DNA of 58,389 nt from assembly GCA_040266255.1 (NCBI GenBank), contig JBDQEV010000001.1, positions 1 to 58,389 on the forward strand. Reading direction: 5' to 3'. The DNA comes from Gammaproteobacteria bacterium. GTDB taxonomy: Bacteria > Pseudomonadota > Gammaproteobacteria > Comchoanobacterales > Comchoanobacteraceae. The position numbers and the translations under genes are program-made. The first letter of the stretch is position 1. Every line of letters begins with the position of its first letter. Positions 20,107 through 29,180 of this stretch are shown here, one piece after another. A model generated the notes under the pieces. The model made no database searches, was not told the origin of the DNA, and worked only from the letters and a program-made list of their open reading frames with translations.

Positions 20107-20278
20107 CCAGCTGACAATAGAGCAGGTGAAAGACTATTTTGCTATCGAATTATCAATTGCAAAGCAGCTTATTGATTTTTGGTTAGTGCGAGGATATTTG
20201 ATAGAGAGTCATTGTGGGATGTGCTCCAAACGTTGTTTTACTAAAGTTGTATATCAATGGCGCAAAAATATAGATTGA
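20066..20278 (+). CDS. feoC: FeoC-like small winged-helix protein
   Basis: 70 aa directly after feoB, winged-helix-like 'LIDFWLVRGYL', Cys cluster 'CGMCSKRC', end 'YQW'. Confidence 0.75.
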   Translation: MTPIAVQKLFMHHSQLTIEQVKDYFAIELSIAKQLIDFWLVRGYLIESHCGMCSKRCFTKVVYQWRKNID

Positions 20279-21723
20279 TTAATAATGCTCTGATTACGCT
20301 GTTATCTCGGGTGTTGGGTTTTTTACGGGATATTGTTTTTGCAAGAATGTTTGGCGCAACACCTGTATTAGATGCATTCTTTATGGCATTTCGCATTCCT
20401 AATCTATTTAGAAGATTTTTTGCCGAAGGCGTTTTCATGCAGTCTATGCTGCCATGCGTCATGCAGAATCAAAAAAATCATAATTTACTACAAGATCTAT
20501 TAAGCTGGCTTGTATTAGTGTTGTTGGTTATTTCACTACCTTTTGTCGTTTTCCCTCAATTTGCGATCTGGCTATTTGCACCAGGCATTCATAATGAAGA
20601 GACATATCAAATGGTATTATCCCAGGTTCCGTGGACTTTCCCATATTTATTTTTTATCAGTTTATGTGGCTATTATACTGTTATCTTGAATATCAGCGGT
20701 CATCTTTGGGTGACTTCATTATTACCTGTGCTGTTAAATGTTTGCTTAATAATAGGTGCCATATGTTTTCAATCTACTTTGGGTATTGCAAAAATGGTAT
20801 TTATTGCAGGTTTGATTCAACTCTTATTATGTCTTGTTGTCACAGCGTATGTTAAGGGACTATCTGGCATAAGGGTCCCTCGATATTCAAGTAGCTTGGG
20901 ACAGTTTGTGAATATGGCATCTAAGGGGTTTTTAGCACAAGTTGTTCAGTATGCGTCTAGTTGTTTTGATTTGCTAATTTTATCTTTTTTGCCTGGAGGG
21001 TATATTAGTGTGATTTATTTTGCAGAGCGCTTGGTGCAAATGCCTTTGGGTATCTTTGCAGTCACGTTGACTAATATTTATGCACCATTGTTTTCAGAAT
21101 CAATTGTGGCAGATGATGAACTCAGGTTGCAGCAGTTATTACATGCAGCTATAAAGAAGACACTGATGATTGGATTGCCGGCTTTAGGTGGTTTATGGCT
21201 GCTATCAGATGAGGTAATGCAGTTGCTATATGGACAACAGTCAGATTATGTCTTGGCTTCAGCAATTGCGCTTAGGGGTTATGCATTTGCGCTTCCAGCA
21301 ATGATGATCAATAAGATTTTAACAACATACCTACTGGCAAAAAAACAAGCGGATAAGATTTTGAAATCAGCAAGTATAGGGTTTGGGTTGAGTGTACTCA
21401 CCTGTTTAGTATTTTTTAAACCATTGGGCTATCAGGCCGTGATCTTAGCTGCAATAGTAAGTGCATGGATGCAGTGCATTTTGTTATACCGTTCTTTGAA
21501 TATGGAATCAGCAGTATTTTGGCAGTGCATCGGTATAGCAGCTATTGCATCAGTACTTATGAGCTGTTGGTTAAAGGTGCTATCAGGTGTATTGGCTTTT
21601 GGTATTTTAGGGTTGATCATCAAGGTGATCAGTAGTATGATCGTGTATGATATTGTTTTACATAGGTTTGGAGCGAGTTTGAAAGAGGTTTTGCTCCTTC
21701 AATTTAATCGAGAGCTCAAATGA
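20257..21723 (+). CDS. murJ: Lipid II flippase MurJ
   Basis: 'TLLSRVLGFLRD', 'DAFFMAFRIPNLFRRFFAEG', 'AERLVQMPLGIF'; many TM segments. Confidence 0.95.
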   Translation: MAQKYRLINNALITLLSRVLGFLRDIVFARMFGATPVLDAFFMAFRIPNLFRRFFAEGVFMQSMLPCVMQNQKNHNLLQDLLSWLVLVLLVISLPFVVFPQFAIWLFAPGIHNEETYQMVLSQVPWTFPYLFFISLCGYYTVILNISGHLWVTSLLPVLLNVCLIIGAICFQSTLGIAKMVFIAGLIQLLLCLVVTAYVKGLSGIRVPRYSSSLGQFVNMASKGFLAQVVQYASSCFDLLILSFLPGGYISVIYFAERLVQMPLGIFAVTLTNIYAPLFSESIVADDELRLQQLLHAAIKKTLMIGLPALGGLWLLSDEVMQLLYGQQSDYVLASAIALRGYAFALPAMMINKILTTYLLAKKQADKILKSASIGFGLSVLTCLVFFKPLGYQAVILAAIVSAWMQCILLYRSLNMESAVFWQCIGIAAIASVLMSCWLKVLSGVLAFGILGLIIKVISSMIVYDIVLHRFGASLKEVLLLQFNRELK

Positions 21724-23066
21724 AACTTTATGATTCTCTAAAGCAAGAAAAAATTGCTTTAAATTTAAATGCAGACATTTTTAAACTCTATGTGTGTGGA
21801 TTAACAGTTTATGATGAAGCGCATATAGGACACCTTCGTACAATGTTGGTCTTTGATTTATTGGTCAGGGTTTTGCGTTCTAAAGGTGTAACGGTCAAGT
21901 ATGTGAGAAATATCACTGATGTAGATGATAAAATTATTCATCGTGCTAATCAAGAAGGTCTCAATTGGAAGGTGCTCACTCAGACAATTATTGAGGGCAT
22001 ACAGTTGCAAGAGAGGCGTTTATCTTTGATTACACCAGATATAGAGCCAAAAGCATCTGAGTATATTGCTGAAATGATTGATATGATCCAAAAATTGCAG
22101 GATAAGAAGTATGCGTATGTCAGTGAAAGTGGAGATGTCTGTTTTAAAGTCAGCGCATACCCCAACTATGGTGCACTTTCACGACAGAATTTAGATGAGC
22201 TAAAAGCAGCGGTTAGAGTAGACCAAGGAATGAAAGACTCAGCAAACGATTTTGTGTTATGGAAGATGAGTAAGCCAAATGAACCTGCATGGCCTTCTCC
22301 ATGGGGAGAGGGAAGACCAGGCTGGCATATTGAATGCTCTGCGATGTCAACTCAGTTATTAGGAGATAAGTTTGATCTGCATGGAGGGGGATTAGACTTG
22401 AAGTTTCCACATCATGAAAATGAGATTGCACAAGCGTGCTGTGCTACTAACGCAGCATTTGCAAAGCAATGGATGCATGTTACACCACTGCTAGTCAATG
22501 GCGAGAAAATGTCAAAATCATTAGGTAATTTTGTCACCATTAATGATGCATTGTCTAGTTATCATCCTGAGGTATTGCGCTGGTATTTATTAAAAACTCA
22601 TTATCGTATGCCATTAAATTATGAGAATCAGGGATTAATTCAAGCGCAAAAAAATCTTTTGAGTGTCTATCAAGCACTACGTGGAGAAGTTGGAGAGGTT
22701 ACAGAAGGAAAGTATCTCACTCTGTTTAGGACTTATTTAGAAGATGATCTCAATGTGGCGGGTGCAATTGGCGTAATACATGATTGTATCACACATCTTA
22801 AAACCAAAGATGAACGAGCAGAATTGAAAACAATGGTAAACATTCTTGGTGTTGGGTATGAAAGCCCGATACATTATTTACAATCGGGTATTGATGTTGA
22901 TCAGGTTGAATCATTAATTGCACTAAGAAATGAAGCGAGACAAGCAAAAGATTTTATAAAAGCAGATCAGTTCAGAGACCAAATTGCTTTACTTAGTGTG
23001 GTGGTTGAGGATACGCCAGAGGGAAGTATTTGGTATAATCCTTTTGCAGGCGTAATTAAGTCGTGA
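21720..23066 (+). CDS. cysS: Cysteine--tRNA ligase
   Basis: 'YVCGLTVYD..HIGH', 'GRPGWHIECSAM', 'FPHHENE', 'KMSKS'. Confidence 0.97.
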   Translation: MKLYDSLKQEKIALNLNADIFKLYVCGLTVYDEAHIGHLRTMLVFDLLVRVLRSKGVTVKYVRNITDVDDKIIHRANQEGLNWKVLTQTIIEGIQLQERRLSLITPDIEPKASEYIAEMIDMIQKLQDKKYAYVSESGDVCFKVSAYPNYGALSRQNLDELKAAVRVDQGMKDSANDFVLWKMSKPNEPAWPSPWGEGRPGWHIECSAMSTQLLGDKFDLHGGGLDLKFPHHENEIAQACCATNAAFAKQWMHVTPLLVNGEKMSKSLGNFVTINDALSSYHPEVLRWYLLKTHYRMPLNYENQGLIQAQKNLLSVYQALRGEVGEVTEGKYLTLFRTYLEDDLNVAGAIGVIHDCITHLKTKDERAELKTMVNILGVGYESPIHYLQSGIDVDQVESLIALRNEARQAKDFIKADQFRDQIALLSVVVEDTPEGSIWYNPFAGVIKS

Positions 23067-23116
23067 GGATTAGATTTTTTTTTGTTATGCTGTAAGTATT
23101 CAAGTTTGGATTGAGC

Positions 23117-25747
23117 ATGGCAAGGTATTTAAAATGCCTGTTGATTTTAATGTTGGTGTCATTACCAAGTCTCATATTTGCAAATAATGATGCAGCAGAA
23201 AATATCAGGACCATTGATTTTTTGAGTAAAAATCTTTTTACTGGTGACGTTATTGCAGCCAATACAAATGATCCATCACATATTTATTTGGGGTTGATTT
23301 TTGGTGAAATTGCTGGGCTGACGGGCAGCAGTATGGTAATGGAAATGTTCCGTATCTTTAACGTGGGTGTTTCTTTGGCATTGGTTATTTCTGTGATTTA
23401 TGTTGGTATTGCTGGCTTTTCTTCTTTACCAAGTGAGGGCGGAATGATTGGTTCTGGTCGCGCAAGTCCATTTATGATATTTAGAACAATAGCGGGGTTT
23501 GCGCTTGTTGCACCAACACCAACTGGCTACTCCTTGATTCAAAAGTTTGTAATGAATGTTGTGCTTTCTGGGGTTGTGGTTGCTAACTATGGTTGGAATC
23601 AGGTATTAGATAGCTTTTCTGAGAATAGTGGTTTACCAGAGGTTGTTGTAACCGGGCCAGATACAAGTGCATTATTAGCGAAGCCTAAAGACATAAAGAT
23701 ACAGTCAGATTCATCTGTGGGAGGAGAATTTGTGTATTCCCTACTGCAGCAGACTGAGAGTGGTAGTGTGATGGATAGCTTTCTGTGGCGGCTGAACGAA
23801 GTTGCTGCAAATGCGCTTTCACTGGTTGAAAATGCTGATATGATAGGCGGAACATATTTAAGTGCGCCAAAGTTTTTCGATGCTTCAAGTACAGCTGATT
23901 TTAAGAACGGGATCATTAAGATTGAGGCTGAGTTTAATGCTGCAGGGCAATTATTCAGAGAAACAGTTCTACAGATTCAGTTAAATAGTTTAGATGATAC
24001 TAATACTGTTGAAAAGCGCAAAGAGTTAACCAAAGCAATTAAGTTTTATTTGTTGAAAATTTTAAACGATACATCAGCTAGGTATCAATTAGAGCTGTTG
24101 AAAAGAGGAACAGTTACCTCTTTGGGTAAAGTCGAAAAAAATGAAGCAAAGTCATTAAAGGATAGTGCAATGAGGGGGTTTGTAGCACAGGCCCCTATAG
24201 AAGAAATTAAAGGCCCTTTGGATCCTGTAGCTTGGAGAAATCAGGCAAAAGGTTGGGGTTGGCTTGGTGCTGGTGTGTATTATTTGCAATTTGAATCTGC
24301 CTTGAAACAAGATCAGAAACCAAAACAAGTACAAGAAAAATTTTGGTTGCCAACTAGTATTACGCTTACTAGCTATCCTTGGATTAAGCCAGGCAAGAGG
24401 TCAATCAGTTGTAATGAGAATCCTCAAGCTGAGTTGCCTAATGTTAATTGTTTGAAAAGAGCTAAAATCGACAATGATACCCTACCAGCTTGGTTAAAAT
24501 ACTATTTAGTTGATGGGGCCGGAAGCTCGACTTCTTTTCCTCGTTCTAAAACAGACTCTAGTCGTGCTAAGTATATTTTACAGAAATTAAACCAATCCCC
24601 AGCATATATTCAGAGCTTCCCTAAAGTTCATTTGCCTCATAGTAAAGGCTTTAGTGTAGATGCTGAAATACCATTGAATAATATGAAAACTATGTCTGGA
24701 ACTGTGTTGGATGCACTACTAAACCCAGTAGATAAAAGTACTAATCAGAGCTTTCAAGGGGAGTATAATTCGCCTCTAAAAACGGCAATGTATGTCGGTT
24801 TTAAAATGATGAGTGCTGCAAAAACCTATTGGTCTAGTACAAGAGATAAGATTTTTGATGAGATACATGCTACACAGGGGGCTGCATATGGCACTACAGC
24901 AGCTGTGTTAATGGTAAAGTCTGCATTTGATGTTTTGGTTCAAATCAATAAGGATAGGGCTACTAAACTCAGGGTGATGCAGGTAGATGAAATCTATGGT
25001 CGTAATATGCTAGGTAAGTTGCCATCTGCGCTGATAGATCCCATTATGGATATGGTCAATATTATGACATCTATTGCAAAATCAATTTTGGGAATATATT
25101 TACCATTAGGAAATGGATTAGCAACTGTATATTTCTTAGCGGGTGCAATTTTAGGGATTTATATTCCATTTATCCCATCTGTGATCTATATTTTTTCAAT
25201 CTTGGCATGGCTGTTTGCGGTGATTGAGTCTATGGTTGCGTCACCGTTGATTACTATTGGTATTGCACACCCGGAAGGGCAAGAGGTGATGGGACGAGGA
25301 GAGCAGGCTGTCATGTTGCTGGTTGGTGTATTTTTACGTCCAGTATTGTCGTTAGTAGGTATGTTAATTGCTGTCTCACTGAGTACGATTGCAGTTGAAC
25401 TGTATAATGATATCTATTTAAATATAATGCCACTGTATCTAGATATGTTATATAAAGATGATTTAAGTCATGCGTTATTTGTGATATTTTTTGCAGCTGG
25501 TTTTGTGATTTTATATGTTTATGCATTATTGGTTATCATTGAGCAATGTTATTCACTAATTTATATGGTTCCGGATAGAATTTTAAAGTGGCTAGGTGGT
25601 CAGGCAGATATGGCTGGCGCAGGTGTGGGTGGCGCATTGCAACAAATCTCTTCTGGCTTATCTCAAGACGCTGGGGCAGCAGGTCAGGCTTCAGGATCAC
25701 AGTCAACATCAGGTGTGCATCAAGATACAAATATTAACAGAAAATAG
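23117..25747 (+). CDS. dotA: DotA/TraY family inner-membrane protein, paralog 1 (ATG 23117; the ORF extends to TTG 23111)
   Basis: Signal peptide; 'DPSHIYLGLIFG', 'MFRIFNVG', 'FRTIAGFALVAPTPTGYSLIQ', 'GWLGAGVYY', 'WLFAVIESMVASPL..IAHPEGQEVMGRGEQ..VFLRP', 'IYMVPDRILKWLGG'. Confidence 0.9.
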   Translation: MARYLKCLLILMLVSLPSLIFANNDAAENIRTIDFLSKNLFTGDVIAANTNDPSHIYLGLIFGEIAGLTGSSMVMEMFRIFNVGVSLALVISVIYVGIAGFSSLPSEGGMIGSGRASPFMIFRTIAGFALVAPTPTGYSLIQKFVMNVVLSGVVVANYGWNQVLDSFSENSGLPEVVVTGPDTSALLAKPKDIKIQSDSSVGGEFVYSLLQQTESGSVMDSFLWRLNEVAANALSLVENADMIGGTYLSAPKFFDASSTADFKNGIIKIEAEFNAAGQLFRETVLQIQLNSLDDTNTVEKRKELTKAIKFYLLKILNDTSARYQLELLKRGTVTSLGKVEKNEAKSLKDSAMRGFVAQAPIEEIKGPLDPVAWRNQAKGWGWLGAGVYYLQFESALKQDQKPKQVQEKFWLPTSITLTSYPWIKPGKRSISCNENPQAELPNVNCLKRAKIDNDTLPAWLKYYLVDGAGSSTSFPRSKTDSSRAKYILQKLNQSPAYIQSFPKVHLPHSKGFSVDAEIPLNNMKTMSGTVLDALLNPVDKSTNQSFQGEYNSPLKTAMYVGFKMMSAAKTYWSSTRDKIFDEIHATQGAAYGTTAAVLMVKSAFDVLVQINKDRATKLRVMQVDEIYGRNMLGKLPSALIDPIMDMVNIMTSIAKSILGIYLPLGNGLATVYFLAGAILGIYIPFIPSVIYIFSILAWLFAVIESMVASPLITIGIAHPEGQEVMGRGEQAVMLLVGVFLRPVLSLVGMLIAVSLSTIAVELYNDIYLNIMPLYLDMLYKDDLSHALFVIFFAAGFVILYVYALLVIIEQCYSLIYMVPDRILKWLGGQADMAGAGVGGALQQISSGLSQDAGAAGQASGSQSTSGVHQDTNINRK

Positions 25748-25818
25748 ATAGGATCTAGATGATTTGTGATATTATAGGGTGCAATATTTATTTAGTTTTG
25801 ATACGATCAAGCTAGGCT

Positions 25819-26265
25819 ATGGAGTTTATCATGCGTTTTGGTTTTAGAAGTACTTTTAAGTCCTTATTTAATGTAAGATCTTGGATTGCTTGGAACTCTT
25901 TACGAGACAATGCATCTTTCATACGGGGTGCCTATCAATCAATTTTGAAGTCAAAACCTAAGTATGCAAAGCCTCAAACGTTTTCTGAGGCAGTTCAGCA
26001 GTATGGATACACTGAGGAGTTTTTAAAGCAACAGCACGAAAAGTTCTTGTTTGCATCTAGAGCTTATCTATGCGCCTTAACTGTAGGCTGTAGTTACTTA
26101 GGGTGGTTGGCTTATACACAAGCATATCTTTCAGCAGCAGTCATGCTACCTTTCAACTTTTTATTATTTAGCTTTTACTTTAGAGAGAGCTTTTGGGCAA
26201 TGCAGGTTGAAAAACGTAAATTGGGCCTGAGCTTTATCGATTGGGTCAATGGTCATTTAGGATGA
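25819..26265 (+). CDS. icmV: Dot/Icm inner-membrane protein IcmV
   Basis: 'LFNVRSW', 'TFSEAV', two TM segments, 'FW..QVEKRKLGLSFIDW'; ATGA-coupled to the following dotA. Confidence 0.9.
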   Translation: MEFIMRFGFRSTFKSLFNVRSWIAWNSLRDNASFIRGAYQSILKSKPKYAKPQTFSEAVQQYGYTEEFLKQQHEKFLFASRAYLCALTVGCSYLGWLAYTQAYLSAAVMLPFNFLLFSFYFRESFWAMQVEKRKLGLSFIDWVNGHLG

Positions 26266-29180
26266 GTTTTTTACGACAATATATTTATAAGTTTGCTTTA
26301 TTGGCAATAGCAGGTTTCTCTTGGGCAGATACTACTGTTAAGAGTCCTAAGACTGTAACTTTAGCCGATATCAGGGCAGTTGGTGATACTGAGGTCCTGG
26401 AAAGCTTTATTTTCTCCTTGTTAGATAAGACTCAAGATTTATCATATCAGTTTCTAGAAATTATTTTTGGACCTGTTGTGTCTAATACAGCGACAAACTT
26501 TTTGATTGCTGAGGTTTTTAAAGCCCTTAATATAGGCGTCTTATCAGTCATGTCGATTATTATTGGGTATAGTATTGTTTTATCTGTAATCGCTACTTCA
26601 CAAGATAGTACAGGCGCTTTTTCTCAACGAGTCAGCCCTTGGACATTATTTAGAACAGTGTTCGGTGTATCAATGATCCTCCCTTTAAACAATGGCTATT
26701 GTGCTTTGCAGGTTCTAGTTATGCAAGTTGTTCTAATGGGCATCGGTTTTGCTAATACAGCATGGGTGACTGCGGTTAACTATATCACGGATGTTTCTTC
26801 GTTGCGGCTTGAGTTGTCAGAGAGTGAAGTTAAAACAAGGAATAAGCTAGAAAATCAGTTAAAGCCATATGTTGCAGCATTGATTGAAGAGAATATTCAT
26901 CAATATACTAAAAACTGTGTTGTTTATGGTGCACTCTCGCAACACTTTAAACCAGGAGCGGTAAATCTTAAAGCTTTAAGCCCTTTAAATCCGACATATC
27001 AAACAACACTGACTGCATGCGCCTTGTTTGATTATGATACAAGGCGTGATAGTGGGCGGTCAGGTTTAGGGTATATTCAGAAAGATGGTGATAGAAATCA
27101 AGTTAATTCAAGATATTTAGCTCAAGTGAAGCTCTATCGCCCTACACTTGGAGATGATGGAACACCGACGTCTAATAACTGGAATTCACTTATACTTGAT
27201 ATGGAAGAAAAAGTTTCTCGTCAGGTGTTTAGGGCGATTAGGTCTTATGTAGAGGCTGTAAGTAGTATAGTCCCAAAAGATGGCGTCAAAGATCCAGTGA
27301 TATATCAAAACAAAAACGCTGCACAGTTAGGAACTAAATTAAGTTTTGATGCAATAATGGGCGGGGATACTGAAGGCTTGATGGTCGCCATTAAAAAGGA
27401 AACGGATAATCTACTACGTGCTATAAATAACAGTGATACAGAAAAACAGAAGTTTGAACGCATAATCAATCAAATTGCAAAAGAAGCTTTAGATGAGTTA
27501 GTTGCCTCTGTATTATCCACAATAGACACTGCAGCAATGACAGCCCAAGGGGTGAAATGGGCTAAGACAGGTGCCGATAGTACTAAAGCAAAAAAAGATG
27601 CTCAAGCAAAAGGCTGGCTAGCTGCTGGGATGCATTACAGAAAGTTTTTAGAAAAAGGTCAAGGCAAAGCTAGTGCTGATACCTTGCTTAAAGTGCCTGA
27701 TAATCTACCACCAATGCAATTAGCGCAGGTAATAGAGATACAATATAATAACCCAGTATTGCGAGCAGCTAAGTTAGATGTCGCAATACCTGCGTCCATT
27801 ATAGATAATATAGGTGCTATATCTGATGGGGCTAATAATTCAGCAAATTACGCCACTAATCGTGGGCTTATAATTGAAAATATTATCCCGAATATTAGTG
27901 GTAAGATAGGTTCAACAAAATGGATTTATGGAGCAGGTGTCGATAAACCAGTTAAGTATATGGTCATCATGATACAGAATGCCGCGCAGACTGTTTTAGG
28001 CTTGAAAATATTTGACCCTAGTGGAGGAGGAGTATTGTCAACTTTCCAGGCTAGTATCAGTACATTGAAAGAAGTGGTCGAAACAGGGGATGGGAACCTC
28101 ATAGAGGCGCAAAATGCCATCTCATCAAGCATATCTCCAGATAGAGGGCTATTAGCATCATTTGTTAGTGGGTATGTTGACCCTATTGATGCAGCAGCGC
28201 TGATGGGTAAGGACTTAATTTCGTTTGCAACAACTTATTATAGTCAGACTATAACGGCTTTATATCAGGAAATGAAAGACCTTGCATGGAGTCATTATGG
28301 TGCTATACTGCCAGTCGCTTTAGCTGCAGATGCTGCAACTGCTGCAGTCCACGCATCTCCAGGATGGCCAGGTGCAGTTGCTGCAAAGCTGGCAAAAGAT
28401 GTTACGATTGCAGGTTTAAATATAGCGTATGCTGGTACAAAAACTGCTTTGAATTTATATGTTCCTATGGGAACAGCTTTGGCAGGAATGTTTTTAGCCT
28501 TGGGTGTTATGTTGGGTGTTTATATTCCATTGATGCCATTCATGTTGTTCTTATTTGGTGCAGTGTCATGGTTGATGTCTGTTGCAGAAGCGTTAGTTGC
28601 AGCGCCATTGGTTGGTCTCGGTATTACTCATCCAGAAGGGCATGATTTACTAGGAAAGGCAGAGCAAGCAGTCATACTATTGTTAGGGGTATTTATTCGT
28701 CCAATTACAATTTTATTTGGACTATTCATGGCGATTTTAACGTCACAAGTGATATTTAAAATCTTCAATATTGCTTTTGCAGCAGTTGCAGTACAAGTGA
28801 TTGCGGATGCAATGACTAATAATGCGAATCAAGTTAACCTCATGTTAGGCATAGTCGTTGGTGGGACTCTGTTAGTCTATGTCTATGCAATGATTAGTAT
28901 AATAGAGCAGTCCTATGCACTCATTTATCAGGTTCCAGATCGTATTTTAAGATGGGTTGGTGGGCCTCAAGATCAATCTATGGTTGGCCAGTTAGCTGAG
29001 CAGGCTAAAGGTGAGTCTCAACAGGCTGCAGGTCAAGTTGGCTCTGGTGCAGGTGCAGCAACTAAGGGACCAGATATACAAGCTCAAGGTTCAGGAGGCA
29101 ATTATCAAGCGCCTAAGACAGGAGATAAAGACGATCAAAATGATAAGGGCACTAAGGTAGACAGTAGTGATAATACATAA
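26262..29180 (+). CDS. dotA: DotA/TraY family protein, paralog 2 (most canonical, coupled to icmV)
   Basis: 'DLSYQFLEIIFG', 'SPWTLFRTVFGVSMILPLNNGYCALQVLVM', 'GWLAAGMHY', 'GITHPEGHDLLGKAEQ..VFIRP', 'IYQVPDRILRWVGG'; ATG overlaps the icmV TGA. Confidence 0.93.
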   Translation: MSFLRQYIYKFALLAIAGFSWADTTVKSPKTVTLADIRAVGDTEVLESFIFSLLDKTQDLSYQFLEIIFGPVVSNTATNFLIAEVFKALNIGVLSVMSIIIGYSIVLSVIATSQDSTGAFSQRVSPWTLFRTVFGVSMILPLNNGYCALQVLVMQVVLMGIGFANTAWVTAVNYITDVSSLRLELSESEVKTRNKLENQLKPYVAALIEENIHQYTKNCVVYGALSQHFKPGAVNLKALSPLNPTYQTTLTACALFDYDTRRDSGRSGLGYIQKDGDRNQVNSRYLAQVKLYRPTLGDDGTPTSNNWNSLILDMEEKVSRQVFRAIRSYVEAVSSIVPKDGVKDPVIYQNKNAAQLGTKLSFDAIMGGDTEGLMVAIKKETDNLLRAINNSDTEKQKFERIINQIAKEALDELVASVLSTIDTAAMTAQGVKWAKTGADSTKAKKDAQAKGWLAAGMHYRKFLEKGQGKASADTLLKVPDNLPPMQLAQVIEIQYNNPVLRAAKLDVAIPASIIDNIGAISDGANNSANYATNRGLIIENIIPNISGKIGSTKWIYGAGVDKPVKYMVIMIQNAAQTVLGLKIFDPSGGGVLSTFQASISTLKEVVETGDGNLIEAQNAISSSISPDRGLLASFVSGYVDPIDAAALMGKDLISFATTYYSQTITALYQEMKDLAWSHYGAILPVALAADAATAAVHASPGWPGAVAAKLAKDVTIAGLNIAYAGTKTALNLYVPMGTALAGMFLALGVMLGVYIPLMPFMLFLFGAVSWLMSVAEALVAAPLVGLGITHPEGHDLLGKAEQAVILLLGVFIRPITILFGLFMAILTSQVIFKIFNIAFAAVAVQVIADAMTNNANQVNLMLGIVVGGTLLVYVYAMISIIEQSYALIYQVPDRILRWVGGPQDQSMVGQLAEQAKGESQQAAGQVGSGAGAATKGPDIQAQGSGGNYQAPKTGDKDDQNDKGTKVDSSDNT

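Noticed and set aside
23075-23083. T9 run upstream of dotA1 (and an A9 run near the 5' end of the methyltransferase gene, 38359-38367) as phase-variation tracts
   Set aside because: Runs of 8-9 A/T are expected in an AT-rich genome; no evidence of variation without reads.
25748-25818. CpxR-type GTAAA direct-repeat site upstream of icmV (also checked upstream of icmW)
   Set aside because: No such paired motif was visible in either intergenic region.
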